Positions 7,019-19,016 of a DNA stretch of 64,000 bases are shown here, piece after piece. The DNA is from Akkermansia sp. (GTDB lineage: Bacteria > Verrucomicrobiota > Verrucomicrobiia > Verrucomicrobiales > Akkermansiaceae), in assembly GCA_030525455.1 (NCBI GenBank), contig JAUNER010000007.1, positions 23,110 to 87,109 on the forward strand. Reading direction: 5' to 3'. Every line of letters begins with the position of its first letter. Within the stretch, counting starts at the first letter, position 1. The notes under the pieces were generated by a model. The model was not told the origin of the DNA. It saw only the letters and a list, made by a program, of their open reading frames with translations, and searched no databases. A program made the translations under genes and the position numbers.

Positions 7019-8407
7019 CTACCCCAAGCGTGAGGAAGTAAACGCCTCTATAATAGCCCGGTGTACATCCATCGCTGAGTGAACATCAGGCAGTGAGGGC
7101 GGGCAAATAAAAACGGGCTCTTGGTGCGGAGCTACATTATCTCTGCCGTGAGAGCCCTTGACCTGCTTGCCATTAAGAGCAATGACTTTCATTAAGGCAC
7201 GGAAGCCCAGCTTTTTCTTTAATAAAAACCAAGCGGCATGAAGCAGGGGGAATTTAATCTGCGGGTCGAAAAACATTTCTGCCGGGTCATAGCCCGGTTT
7301 GCGATGAATGTCTACACAGCGAGCAAAATCCGGTGCTAGGGCATCATCCAGCCAGTAATAATAGCTGAACCATGTATCGGGTGCGGCAATAGCTGTGAAA
7401 TCCGGTAAGCGGTTTTTTGCCACAGGTGAGAGGGTAGAAAAATCAGTTTCTCTTAGCTCGTCGATACCCGGGGTGTTGAGTAAGAGTTTTTTTACTTCAT
7501 CTTTGATACTTAAATCATTGATATACACGTAGGCTATTTGATGGTCTGCAACGGCAAAGGCTTTTGACGCACCACAATCGAGCATTTCCGTACCCAGCTC
7601 CGGTTTAATGGAAATCCAGCCTTTTTCGCGGAAAAGTCGATTGAGAGCCACATCATGAGTCACGTCACAGATGCCATATTCGCTCACAATGAGAGGAGTA
7701 ACCCCTGCATTTTCCAGAAACTCAATGAGAGACATGACCACATCATCCATTTTTTCTGCCGCTTTTCTTGCCTCGTCAGAAGAGGGACCAAATTTCTGTA
7801 AATCGTAATCTAAGTACGGTAAATAAATGAGAGACAAATGCGGATGATGTTTATCTTCAATCCGGCGAGCCGCATTAGCAATCCACTCTGTAGCCGGCAT
7901 TCCGGCCATAGGCCCCCAAAATGTGGGGAAAGGAAATTCCCCCAGCTCAGCCTTGATGGTCTCTCGCAAATTCATCGGCTGGGTGTAAATGTCAAAAACC
8001 TTGCGTCCATCAGCCGGGTACATTGGGCGTGGGGTAATGGTCCAGTCTGCATCTGCGTACATATTGTACCACCAGAAGAGTTTGGCACAGGTAAACTCTT
8101 TGCCATAAATCTCTTTCAGTTTATTCCAGATACGAGGTCCCTGAACCAATTTATTTGACTGTTTCCAGAATTGGATTTCGCACATTTCGCGGTTATACCA
8201 ACCATTCCCGTAGCAAGCATGGTCAAGAGGTGAGAGCCCGGTGATGTATGTGCTTTGAGTAGAAGTTGTAATAGCCGGGAACGCCGGAGGAAAACTACAC
8301 ACCTTTCTCTGAGCCGCCCAAGTCGACAATCGAGGCATATAGGCTAGAATTTGTCTCGAAAGAGCCACTACGTCGAGAACGGCAACACGTGGAATAGATG
8401 TGCTCAT
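7019..8407 (-). CDS. Alkaline-phosphatase/nucleotide pyrophosphatase family protein (EboF-like)
   Basis: FPAIT..TQ.TY.TG, FWWYNMY, TPRPMYPADGRK, FWGP and RCVDIHRKPGYDPAEMF motifs. Confidence 0.8.
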   Translation of the reverse strand: MSTSIPRVAVLDVVALSRQILAYMPRLSTWAAQRKVCSFPPAFPAITTSTQSTYITGLSPLDHACYGNGWYNREMCEIQFWKQSNKLVQGPRIWNKLKEIYGKEFTCAKLFWWYNMYADADWTITPRPMYPADGRKVFDIYTQPMNLRETIKAELGEFPFPTFWGPMAGMPATEWIANAARRIEDKHHPHLSLIYLPYLDYDLQKFGPSSDEARKAAEKMDDVVMSLIEFLENAGVTPLIVSEYGICDVTHDVALNRLFREKGWISIKPELGTEMLDCGASKAFAVADHQIAYVYINDLSIKDEVKKLLLNTPGIDELRETDFSTLSPVAKNRLPDFTAIAAPDTWFSYYYWLDDALAPDFARCVDIHRKPGYDPAEMFFDPQIKFPLLHAAWFLLKKKLGFRALMKVIALNGKQVKGSHGRDNVAPHQEPVFICPPSLPDVHSAMDVHRAIIEAFTSSRLG

Positions 8408-8485
8408 GGCGTCATATTATTCAAATAATGCAGAAAATCCATCTTTCCATTTGAAAAAGGAAGGTTTTTCCGTCATCATAGGGAC

Positions 8486-9271
8486 ATGGAACGACAGGAT
8501 AACAGACAAGCGGACCAGTTACGCCCGATTGGGTTTCAGACGGGAATCGCCCCCCATGCCACAGCTTCTGTGCTAGTGAATTTCGGGAACACAAAAGTGA
8601 TTTGTGCTGTAACGATAGAAGACGATGTGCCTAGATGGATGAAAGCACAACGCGTAGAAGGTGGCTGGATTACGGCAGAATACTCCATGCTGCCATATTC
8701 CACCCTAGACCGCAAACGTCGCGATATTACAGCCGGTAAGTTAGATGGACGCTCCAGCGAAATCCAGCGTTTGATTGGGCGCTCGCTCCGAGCTGCTGTA
8801 GATTTAAGTAAGTTAGGCTCACGCACGATTTGGATTGACTGCGATGTATTACAGGCAGATGGCGGTACTCGTACAGCCTCTATTACCGGGTCATCCGTCG
8901 CACTAGCCATCGCATTGAATAAGCTAGTGGCAGAAGGTAAATTGGCGGAATCACCGATGAAAAAGCTCGTAGGTGCTGTATCTGTCGGTATCTTAGAAGG
9001 GGAACCATTGCTCGACCTTTGTTATGTAGAAGATAAAGACGCTGAGGTAGATATGAACCTAGTGATGACTGATAGCGGTGAGTTTGTAGAGGTTCAGGGC
9101 TCCGGTGAAGAAGCTGTATTTACCGCTGAACAAATGGCACAAATGTTGGCCTTGGGTAAAAAAGGCTTACAAGAAATTGCTGAACTCCAAAGACAAGCCA
9201 TCGCCGCCGCAGATGTGCCGGACCCGGAAAAACTGGTAGAACTAAGAAATTTCTTTCAAACTAGCAAATAA
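8486..9271 (+). CDS. rph: Ribonuclease PH
   Basis: GWITAEYSMLP, RSSEIQRLIGRSLRA, DVLQADGGTRTASITG. Confidence 0.97.
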   Translation: MERQDNRQADQLRPIGFQTGIAPHATASVLVNFGNTKVICAVTIEDDVPRWMKAQRVEGGWITAEYSMLPYSTLDRKRRDITAGKLDGRSSEIQRLIGRSLRAAVDLSKLGSRTIWIDCDVLQADGGTRTASITGSSVALAIALNKLVAEGKLAESPMKKLVGAVSVGILEGEPLLDLCYVEDKDAEVDMNLVMTDSGEFVEVQGSGEEAVFTAEQMAQMLALGKKGLQEIAELQRQAIAAADVPDPEKLVELRNFFQTSK

Positions 9272-9443
9272 TCAAACGTTTCTATTTGCGTACCGGATGC
9301 GTGGCGGCAGGGCGGTGTCAGAGATAAGTGAAAATTTATGAAGAATATGCTTGTCCTGCACGCAATTTCTAGGTACAAATAGAAACGAACAACAGATAAC
9401 CGCGTGCGGTTTTTCTCAAAATTGTCAACATTAGATAACTCAT

Positions 9444-10202
9444 ATGAAAGTATCTTTCAACACTCGTAAGTTACGTCAAGGGTTCACATTGATTGAACTT
9501 TTGGTTGTTATCGCCATTATTGCTCTCTTGGCATCTGTATCATACGGTCCGATTCTAGACCAGTTAAACAAAGGTGAGCAAATGCAGGCACTGCAGAATA
9601 TGCGAAATGTGTCTACAGCAATGGATGAGTTCAAGAACAATAGCAAGTTGAACAACTTCCCTGACGACATAACAGCTGATCGCGTAGTGAAGATGCACAC
9701 CTACATGGCAGGTTTGGGTAAGTTGAGCGGTGAAACATCAAACGATTACTTCCGTCAGCTTTTCAGTAGTGAATCTGTTTCTGAAAATAACTTCTATGCC
9801 AAGGTTCAAACCGCTTCCGGTGGTTCTACTATCACCGCAGACAATGATATCTATGATGGCAAAGCTTTGGTAGCCGGCGAAGTTGGTATTTCCTATGTAT
9901 TACGCAAGGGCGATGCCGGTAAGAAAGTTGGTTTAGGGAGCTTCGTTGGTGACTATCCTTTGATGGTTACTTCCATATTGCCGGCAGAGGATGGCGGTAC
10001 TGCTGTATCAGCTAACCAGGTTCGCTTTGATGAAGAAAGCTTCCGTGGCAAGGTGCTTGTACTTACCACATCAAAGGCTGCAAAGACAATGAGCCTTAAT
10101 GAAAACGGTAACCTTATCGATACTTTCATTCCTAAGCGTCGCGGTCGTGACATTAGTGATTCATTCATTATTGTAACACCTGATTTCAGCGGTCAGGAAT
10201 AA
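9444..10202 (+). CDS. Type IV pilin / pseudopilin with prepilin cleavage-methylation motif
   Basis: RQG|FTLIELLVVIAIIALLA class III signal. Confidence 0.88.
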   Translation: MKVSFNTRKLRQGFTLIELLVVIAIIALLASVSYGPILDQLNKGEQMQALQNMRNVSTAMDEFKNNSKLNNFPDDITADRVVKMHTYMAGLGKLSGETSNDYFRQLFSSESVSENNFYAKVQTASGGSTITADNDIYDGKALVAGEVGISYVLRKGDAGKKVGLGSFVGDYPLMVTSILPAEDGGTAVSANQVRFDEESFRGKVLVLTTSKAAKTMSLNENGNLIDTFIPKRRGRDISDSFIIVTPDFSGQE

Positions 10203-10223
10203 GGTAAAACCCAGTGGTTTTCT

Positions 10224-10259
10224 AAAAGATGCACTCGAATTTCGGGTGCATCTTTTTTT
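10224..10259 (+). terminator. Intrinsic terminator of the pilin gene
   Basis: aaaagatgcac...gtgcatctttt followed by a T-tract. Confidence 0.8.
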
Positions 10260-10276
10260 GTTACCAAATTGTAACA
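10259..10276. promoter_or_regulatory. Candidate operator TGTTAC-N6-GTAACA upstream of the VWA gene
   Basis: A perfect 6-bp palindrome, also readable as TGTTAC/TGTAAC direct repeats 11 bp apart, ~35-50 bp upstream of the start. Confidence 0.35.
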
Positions 10277-10309
10277 CATGAAGAGAAATTTTGTGCTAGG
10301 ATAATTGGC

Positions 10310-11626
10310 ATGAAGAAGTCTATCATTTTTTCTACTATTGGTCTCTTGAGCTGTGCATTTGTCAATGCTGAAGATGTTCAGAGAAAAGCCCCTGTATCAA
10401 AAATTGCACCTAAGCCACCAGTGGAGGTAATTAAGCCGTCTCAGTCAGATGAGGATGCTCAGAAAGAGACAGAGAAATCTATTGAGAAAATCGTCAATCA
10501 AGCCACAAAAGACGACCATGCCGTCATTCAAGTAGCCTTGCTATTAGACACGTCTAATAGTATGGATGGTTTGATAAACCAAGCTCGCACTTATTTGTGG
10601 AAAATCGTCAACGAGCTGTCGAAAGCTCAGCAAAAAGGGAAACTTGCCAAATTGAGCATTGCTCTGTATGAATATGGCAACTCCGGGACCGGTGATAGAG
10701 ATGGGAATTGGGTGCGTCAAGTGATGCCTTTTAGTAATGATTTAGACACGGTGTCTGATAAATTATTTAAGCTACGAACCTGCGGCGGTCATGAATATTG
10801 TGGGGCCGCGATGTCACAAGCAATTAAAGGACTTAAGTGGGAAAAGGAAAATGCCAACGCATTAAAAATGATATTCATTGCCGGTAATGAACCTTTTGAC
10901 CAAGGGAAAATAAACTATGCAGAAGCCATAGCAGATTGCAAGGAAGCCGGGGTGGTGGTGAATACAATTTACTGCGGTGAGGATTTAGGCCATGTTTATA
11001 ATAGTCTACGCGGCGGTGGTAGCGAAACAAAGCTTTGGAAAGATGGTGCAACTTTAGGCGGTGGTGACTTTTTTATCATTAACCATAATTCATTACCCAT
11101 AGACCCGGAAACCCCATACGATAAAAAAATCGCAGAATTAAGTGTATCTATTAACGCCACATACATAGCTTATGGAAGTGCAGAAGTGCGAGTAGCAAAG
11201 AAAAATCTGCAAATGGCTCAAGATGAAAATGCTAGGTCATTAGCACCGGCCGCAGTTATGGGACGAGCAAAGGCAAAGTCAAGCAAGAGTTCATATAGCA
11301 ATAGTTCATGGGACGTTGTTGACTATTGTGATGCCGAAGGTATTGAAGTCCTAGCAGAACTGAAAGAAGAAATGCTACCGGAGGAACTGAAAGGGAAATC
11401 AAAAGAAGAAATGCAGGCTTATGTGAAAGAACAAGCAGAGAAACGCGAAGCAATTCAGAAAGAAATACGCGAATTAAGCAATCAGCGAGATGCCTGGATT
11501 CTCAACTGGAAGAAAGAACAAAAAGCCGCCGGTAAAAAGGTAGAAAGAACTCTGGATGATGTCGTCATAGAGTCTATTCATAAACAGGCTGATAAGAAAG
11601 GCTTTACTTTTGAGGATAAAAAATAG
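10310..11626 (+). CDS. Secreted VWA-domain protein
   Basis: Signal peptide from MKKSIIF, MIDAS motif LLDTSNSM, TCGGHEYCG and IAGNEPF. Confidence 0.85.
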   Translation: MKKSIIFSTIGLLSCAFVNAEDVQRKAPVSKIAPKPPVEVIKPSQSDEDAQKETEKSIEKIVNQATKDDHAVIQVALLLDTSNSMDGLINQARTYLWKIVNELSKAQQKGKLAKLSIALYEYGNSGTGDRDGNWVRQVMPFSNDLDTVSDKLFKLRTCGGHEYCGAAMSQAIKGLKWEKENANALKMIFIAGNEPFDQGKINYAEAIADCKEAGVVVNTIYCGEDLGHVYNSLRGGGSETKLWKDGATLGGGDFFIINHNSLPIDPETPYDKKIAELSVSINATYIAYGSAEVRVAKKNLQMAQDENARSLAPAAVMGRAKAKSSKSSYSNSSWDVVDYCDAEGIEVLAELKEEMLPEELKGKSKEEMQAYVKEQAEKREAIQKEIRELSNQRDAWILNWKKEQKAAGKKVERTLDDVVIESIHKQADKKGFTFEDKK

Positions 11627-11642
11627 CCCTAGTGCATAATAT

Positions 11643-11700
11643 GGAAGTGAAGGTTGCGGTGGTGGGCGTGATGGTTCGCCATCGTAACTTCTTCCTTTTT
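11643..11700 (+). terminator. Long hairpin with T-tract after the VWA gene
   Basis: gttgcggtgg pairs with ccatcgtaac (two G-U pairs) inside ggaa/ttcc, then ttttt. Confidence 0.55.
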
Positions 11701-11793
11701 GTACATAGAGCCATACTTTATCAAAATTCTTCAGAGTTGAGTCAAAAGAGGATTCCTCTACGATGGAAAATGTGTAGAATGTAGTTATCATTT

Positions 11794-12483
11794 ATGCAAC
11801 GATACCGAATATTTGTTGTCGAGGATGATGCCGCCATCCGCAAAGGGCTGTGCGATGCTCTACGGGTGTCCGGTTATGATGTGCTTGTGGCAAAAGATGT
11901 GCCTGAAGCACAGAAACTCATTCACGCCGAGGAGTTTGATTTAGCATTACTAGATGTAGTGCTACCCGGGGGGACGGGGTTTGAATTGTTAAAAGAAATA
12001 CGCACAGAACGCTCTGTGACCCCGGTGATGATGCTCACTGCCAGGGGGAGTGAAGATGATAAAGTGTATGGACTAAAGAGCGGAGCTGATGACTATGTGG
12101 TAAAGCCATTTAGTATCGTTGAGTTATTGGCAAGAATAGAAGCCGTCCTGCGACGCTCACCGGAACGCCCGCGAGCAGTGGAGCGAGTGCTTTTGCCCAA
12201 TGGGTATCTAGACTTTAAGCTACGGGAATTAGTCGTAGGTGAGAATAGAGTAGTGCTGACGACACGTGAATTTGAATTAGCCCGTCATTTGGCAATGAAT
12301 GCAGGGCGAATCATTTCTCGCGAAGAAATTTTATCGCGTGTTTGGAAAATGGACCCACGCATGGTAGAAACTCGCACGACTGATGTCACAATGGCCAGAT
12401 TGCGTGAGAAAATGGGAACAGAAAACGCAGGAATGATAAAAACCCTCAGAGGTCAGGGGTATGTATGGGGGGATGTTTTATGA
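11794..12483 (+). CDS. OmpR/PhoB-family response regulator
   Basis: VVEDD, LALLDVVLPG (phospho-Asp), GADDYVVKPF and a C-terminal winged helix (IKTLRGQGY). Confidence 0.95.
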   Translation: MQRYRIFVVEDDAAIRKGLCDALRVSGYDVLVAKDVPEAQKLIHAEEFDLALLDVVLPGGTGFELLKEIRTERSVTPVMMLTARGSEDDKVYGLKSGADDYVVKPFSIVELLARIEAVLRRSPERPRAVERVLLPNGYLDFKLRELVVGENRVVLTTREFELARHLAMNAGRIISREEILSRVWKMDPRMVETRTTDVTMARLREKMGTENAGMIKTLRGQGYVWGDVL

Positions 12484-14486
12484 AATATAAGTGGTTCATG
12501 TACGGTTTGTTGGGCTGCTGTGTGTGCATTGTGTTGGCTATCATGGCAGGGCTGAGTATTTATGTATTAGTCTCTGAATATGACCGAGTAGAGAATGTAA
12601 GGCAAGTTCGCTTAGTGGAACAGAGTAGGCTTGCTTTATGGCGAATGGACTCTTTACTCTCTGCTATGTTTGTGGCAGAGAATAACAGAGCTCCAAAGGA
12701 ATTTTTATCTGCAAAAACGCAAGAATCCGATAAAAAAGCAGAGGGGAAAAAATCACAGGGTTTAGAAGATTTTACCTTACTTTACTTTCAAATAGGACCG
12801 GATGGAGTGATTACTTCTCCCCAGCAGGGCGAGGAGAGAGACCTGCGATTATCACGCGTAAGGCAATGGCAGACCGAGGGGGTACTTAAAGAGTTTCAGG
12901 AAAACGTACCACAAAGCCTATCTATTCCCATAGCTTTATTGGAAGAAGGAACGGACGATGAAGCCGATGAGGAAGTAAATGTATGGAGTTTTCAAGAAGA
13001 AGAATCACAGAGTCGTGCGGCATTGAATAGTGTTCTTGAGCAAGTTTCAAAAAAACAGGCTTTAGATGATTATGCGATGCGGATGAATTCGTATCAAGAA
13101 GCGGTGGTGGTACCTGAAGATTTAAGTGTGCGTAGCCGAGTGTCTCGTTTCTCTAAAAAAGAACTTACTAAACAAGCCGTTGCTAAATCTGCTAAAAAAA
13201 GAATAAGCAAAAAAAAGGTAGTCCCGGTTACTGGTAATGGAAAACAAAATGAATGCTTACCCAGTATGGCACCGGTCCCCCGGAGTGTGCCTGCTGATTT
13301 TGCCGTGATGCCCGATGCCATAAATGATGAGGAAGTTGCCGAGTTAAGTCGGCCACCATCTGCAGAAATAGTCAAAAAAGAAAACAAAAATTCGCAAACT
13401 GAGAACCAAAAACCAACGCAATTATTAGGCGAGACTTCAATTTCACCCTATGAGGCAATATGGACACCCGAGGGCGAATGTATCTTGATTCGTCGTGTTT
13501 CAGAGGGGGCACAGCTTTGGTTGCAGGGGATTTGGCTGGATTGGCGGATTTTAAGTAAATTTCTACTCTCATCGATACAAGATATTTTCCCCCATGCACA
13601 ACTAGAACCATGTGCGAGAGACGAAGTAGATTTTTCAAACCTAGCAGGACTGCCGGCACGCTTGGTGCCATTAGAATATGGTACAGGTGGAGAGGTGAGT
13701 GATGAAGTGCTTTATTCATTACTACTGGCATGGGGGTGTGGAATTTTGGCTCTTGGTGGGCTTGGGGTGTTTTTCATAGGAGTCATTCGCTTAAGTGAAC
13801 GGCGAGCTATTTTTGTATCTGCGGTGAGCCACGAATTACGCACGCCGTTAACCACATTTAATTTGTATACAGAAATGCTTGAAGCCGGGATGGTTCCGAC
13901 CGGTGAAGAGAAAAGCTATTTAAGCACCTTACGCAGAGAATCATCTCGATTGATGCACCTAGTGAATAATGTTTTGAGTTATTCGAGAGTCGAGAGAAAT
14001 AAAATTTCTCTTTCGCTTGAAAAAGTAGCCCTGCATGATTTATTAAAAGGCTCAATCGAAAGAATTTCCGGTCGTTTAAATGCGGGCGGTATGGATTCAT
14101 TGATGAAGTTAGACCCGGATTTAGAACACAGCATGGTACTGGTAGACCGAACCGCCTTCGAGCAAATTGTTTATAATTTGGCAGATAATGCTGTAAAATA
14201 TGCCGGACAAAGTGGAACAATTTTGCACATTGATGTAGAAAGGGAAAGGAAATCAGTTTTGATACGCATCACAGACGAGGGGAATGGTATTCCTAAGAAA
14301 CTAAGAAGAAAACTCTTTCTCCCATTTTCGAGGTCGGCAGAAGAAGCCGCCGGGAAGCAACCCGGAGTGGGCTTAGGTCTAGCCTTATCTAGGCAGTTGG
14401 CTCGCAAAATGAAAGGCGACCTTCGTTATGAGCCATGTGACAAAGGGGCGTGTTTTGTCATCAAATTACCAATTTTCAACAAATAG
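12480..14486 (+). CDS. Sensor histidine kinase
   Basis: Two TM segments, H-box VSHELRTPL, N-box NLADNAVKY, G-box GVGLGL. ATGA overlap with the regulator. Confidence 0.95.
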   Translation: MKYKWFMYGLLGCCVCIVLAIMAGLSIYVLVSEYDRVENVRQVRLVEQSRLALWRMDSLLSAMFVAENNRAPKEFLSAKTQESDKKAEGKKSQGLEDFTLLYFQIGPDGVITSPQQGEERDLRLSRVRQWQTEGVLKEFQENVPQSLSIPIALLEEGTDDEADEEVNVWSFQEEESQSRAALNSVLEQVSKKQALDDYAMRMNSYQEAVVVPEDLSVRSRVSRFSKKELTKQAVAKSAKKRISKKKVVPVTGNGKQNECLPSMAPVPRSVPADFAVMPDAINDEEVAELSRPPSAEIVKKENKNSQTENQKPTQLLGETSISPYEAIWTPEGECILIRRVSEGAQLWLQGIWLDWRILSKFLLSSIQDIFPHAQLEPCARDEVDFSNLAGLPARLVPLEYGTGGEVSDEVLYSLLLAWGCGILALGGLGVFFIGVIRLSERRAIFVSAVSHELRTPLTTFNLYTEMLEAGMVPTGEEKSYLSTLRRESSRLMHLVNNVLSYSRVERNKISLSLEKVALHDLLKGSIERISGRLNAGGMDSLMKLDPDLEHSMVLVDRTAFEQIVYNLADNAVKYAGQSGTILHIDVERERKSVLIRITDEGNGIPKKLRRKLFLPFSRSAEEAAGKQPGVGLGLALSRQLARKMKGDLRYEPCDKGACFVIKLPIFNK

Positions 14487-14563
14487 AGGCAAAAAATTGT
14501 CAAAATTTAGTCAATACGTTAATATGGATTGACGTAAAACTTAAAAAAACGTAAAAAAATCTC

Positions 14564-15091
14564 ATGAATCGTACTATTATCGTTTCTATACTTGTATCCG
14601 GGTTCTTTGGTTTTTCTAACGCTCAGGAATCACCTGTGCCTGTGCAGTCACCGGTAATGCCAACTGAAACAGAAGTAAAATTAGAAGTTTCTCAGGAAGC
14701 AAAAGACATTGCCAAAAAGTTGGTTGAATTGATGAAACAAATCAATCAAATCACTTCAGAAGTAAAAGATAAGGCAACGGCAGATGCTGCTGCTTCTAAG
14801 ATTGAAAAACTTAACGAGGAAGGTGAAGCTGTTTCTGAAAAAGGTCAAAAGATTAAGGAAGAAATTGACCTGGCCATGCAGGAATATGCTACAGAAATCC
14901 TCCCAATCTTCATGGGCATGATGCAAAATATGCAACGCTTGCAAGCAGAGGAATTTTACCAGAGCGAAGCTCTAAAAAAATCCTTAATGCCGGAAGAAGC
15001 TGAGATCCTAGAAGAGATTTCTGAAGATATGGAAGAAGAGGGTGAAGTCGAAGAAGAGCCCGAAGAAAAGGAAAGTGCTGAAAAGGAATAA
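14564..15091 (+). CDS. Secreted hypothetical helical protein with an acidic tail
   Basis: Signal peptide, helical content and a Glu-rich C-terminus. Confidence 0.7.
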   Translation: MNRTIIVSILVSGFFGFSNAQESPVPVQSPVMPTETEVKLEVSQEAKDIAKKLVELMKQINQITSEVKDKATADAAASKIEKLNEEGEAVSEKGQKIKEEIDLAMQEYATEILPIFMGMMQNMQRLQAEEFYQSEALKKSLMPEEAEILEEISEDMEEEGEVEEEPEEKESAEKE

Positions 15092-15115
15092 TTTTTACTC
15101 AAACAAGATATTATC

Positions 15116-15198
15116 AAAGAGAGGTTCCTTAAATGGGAGCCTCTTTTTTTATCCCTATTCTCAAAAAAAGAGCTTCCTAAATGACAGGAAGCTCTTTG
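15116..15198. terminator. Two back-to-back intrinsic terminators for convergent genes
   Basis: gaggttcc/gggagcctc plus T7 on the + strand, and A-tract plus agagcttcct/aggaagctct on the - strand. Confidence 0.75.
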
Positions 15199-15226
15199 AA
15201 AAATTTAGAGAAAAGGAAATTTCTAA

Positions 15227-16387
15227 TTACTTAGATTTTTTCTTTTTTGTTGCCTTTTCAGAAGATTTGGCTTTGGCAGTTTTAGCGGCTTTTTTTGCCG
15301 GTTTCAGAGCAGCAGATTGGTCGATAGCGACGGCATTCCATGACCAGTCCCATTTTTCGACGTTTTCGATGCAGGCAGCAAGCAGAGCTACTGAGGCATC
15401 TAAGTCATCCTTGTGAGCCATTTCGATGACCTGGTGAACGTTGCGAGTTGGGATAGAGATAGCACCGCAGATAGAGCCCCCCGGAGTGAACTTTTGCATA
15501 GCTCCGGCATCAGTACCACCGGCAGGAAGCATTTCTGTTTGCCACTTAATCTTATTAGCATCAGCTACTGCCTTCATGAACTGCACCATGCGACGGTCTG
15601 CAATGACGGAACCATCATAGAGCTTGATGGCTGTGCCTTCACCTAGGCGAGAAACTTGGTCATGTGGAGCTGAACCGGGAATGTCGCAGGCAATGGTAAT
15701 GTCTAAAGCGATAGCGTAATCCGGCTGAATGTCGAGAGTGCTGACTTGAGCACCACGCAGCCCTACTTCTTCCTGAACAGTAAATGCGGCTACAAAATTG
15801 CAAGCCGGTTTTTTACCGGACTTTTTCAATTCACGCAATGCTTCGATGAGCACGTAAACCCCGGCACGGTTATCCAGAGATTTGACGTTAATGCAGTCGC
15901 CCATTTCAACCAAATCGCGTTCGCGAGTAACGGCATCACCCACGGATACGTATTTTTCAACTTCTTCCTTGGGCATGCCAAGGTCGATGAAAAAGTCTGT
16001 TACTTCCGGCATTTTGGCACGTTCTGCGGCAGACATAACGTGGATGGGCTTAACGCCCATGACACCAACTAAATCTTTTTTGCCGTGAACGATGACTCTC
16101 TGAGCTGTGAGAGTTTTCGGGTCAAAGCCACCCAGAGGAAGGAATTTGATAAAGCCTTTATCGTCAATGTGACGCACCATAAAGCCGATTTCGTCCATGT
16201 GAGCAGCGGCCATCATAGTTTTGGCTGTATTTTCACCTTCGACCACAGCAATGACATTACCGATGTTATCTACACGGATGGCATCACAGAGTGGAGCAAC
16301 TTCTTGGATGATGAAGTCACGGATTTTATCTTCAAATCCGGGAGCCCCCGGAGTGACGCATACTTGACGTAGAAGTTCCAAATTCAT
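15227..16387 (-). CDS. M42-family aminopeptidase with a Lys-rich C-terminal tail
   Basis: AAHMDEIG, KSLDNRAG, VQEEVGLRGA, ALDIT, GGTDAG, SIPTRNVH. Confidence 0.92.
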   Translation of the reverse strand: MNLELLRQVCVTPGAPGFEDKIRDFIIQEVAPLCDAIRVDNIGNVIAVVEGENTAKTMMAAAHMDEIGFMVRHIDDKGFIKFLPLGGFDPKTLTAQRVIVHGKKDLVGVMGVKPIHVMSAAERAKMPEVTDFFIDLGMPKEEVEKYVSVGDAVTRERDLVEMGDCINVKSLDNRAGVYVLIEALRELKKSGKKPACNFVAAFTVQEEVGLRGAQVSTLDIQPDYAIALDITIACDIPGSAPHDQVSRLGEGTAIKLYDGSVIADRRMVQFMKAVADANKIKWQTEMLPAGGTDAGAMQKFTPGGSICGAISIPTRNVHQVIEMAHKDDLDASVALLAACIENVEKWDWSWNAVAIDQSAALKPAKKAAKTAKAKSSEKATKKKKSK

Positions 16388-16471
16388 AATAATTAATTTT
16401 AGTGATTTTTAGAGTCTTTGACCAGCCCATAATGTGGAATTATGGGCATAATGAAGATTTTGTGAGTAATT

Positions 16472-18178
<1,707 letters not shown>

Positions 18179-18985
18179 TTACAGCGATTGTTTTTGAGGC
18201 GGTGAAAGTTGGATTGTGCCGTCGTTGATGTGGATACCCATGCCATTTTCTTCTATTAGCTGGACAATCGGGAGGCAGGCATTTAAGAGATTTTCGTAAG
18301 CCGGTAATAAAAAGTACATATACCCCTGTGGTACAGAAAGTTGACCAATGGTGCCCCCAATGCGAATGCCCCCAATGAGAAATTCATCATTGCAAAAATC
18401 TAGGGTGGTTTGTAAGGCCATGTAATTGTGAGGGTCCATGTGTTGGGTTGGAGTGAGATAGAGAGAAATTGTCTGCTTAGTGTCCACTCCGGTAAAGCGT
18501 TCGATGATGATTTCCAGATAGCCGTGGCCTGTGGTTCCATTGGGATTTTTGTGCCCACTATGGAATTTGATGCCTACTCCCGGATTTGTGGCTAATATAG
18601 ACATGGCTCCTTGTTGACGTGGGTGTAAGGAGTAGGCTAGATAGCGGTTGATGTCTTCTTCTGTCAGTGAGATGGTGGCATCTCGCTCAAGGGCTTGCTT
18701 GATGATTTTTGGCAAATCCGGGGCGTTTTCTGCTTGTCTAAACCCAGGAATGGTAGAGGTGTCTAGCGGACACCATGATAAATAAATCAACCAAGAAATA
18801 CCGATGAGAATGCCCAGAGTGAGTAAAAAAAGTAGGTTCCCAATGAGAGAAAACGGCTTTTTTTCGAGGGGCTTATTTTCTTTGTCCTCCGGGAAAAACA
18901 TTTCCTCATCGTGGTCGGGGAAAGTTTGTTCAGTTTCCCCGACAGAGCGGAAGTTTGAGTCAAACTCTTTTGATTCCTCACTCAT
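18179..18985 (-). CDS. Hypothetical single-pass membrane protein
   Basis: 268-aa ORF with an acidic N-terminus and one TM segment. Confidence 0.65.
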   Translation of the reverse strand: MSEESKEFDSNFRSVGETEQTFPDHDEEMFFPEDKENKPLEKKPFSLIGNLLFLLTLGILIGISWLIYLSWCPLDTSTIPGFRQAENAPDLPKIIKQALERDATISLTEEDINRYLAYSLHPRQQGAMSILATNPGVGIKFHSGHKNPNGTTGHGYLEIIIERFTGVDTKQTISLYLTPTQHMDPHNYMALQTTLDFCNDEFLIGGIRIGGTIGQLSVPQGYMYFLLPAYENLLNACLPIVQLIEENGMGIHINDGTIQLSPPQKQSL

Positions 18986-19016
18986 AGAGCAGTATTGTGT
19001 TTTAGACGTTTATTGA

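Noticed and set aside
15000-15304. Acidic tail of 14564-15091 pairing with the basic tail of the M42 peptidase
   Set aside because: The genes are convergent and separately terminated, and one product is secreted while the other is cytoplasmic, so this is probably coincidence.
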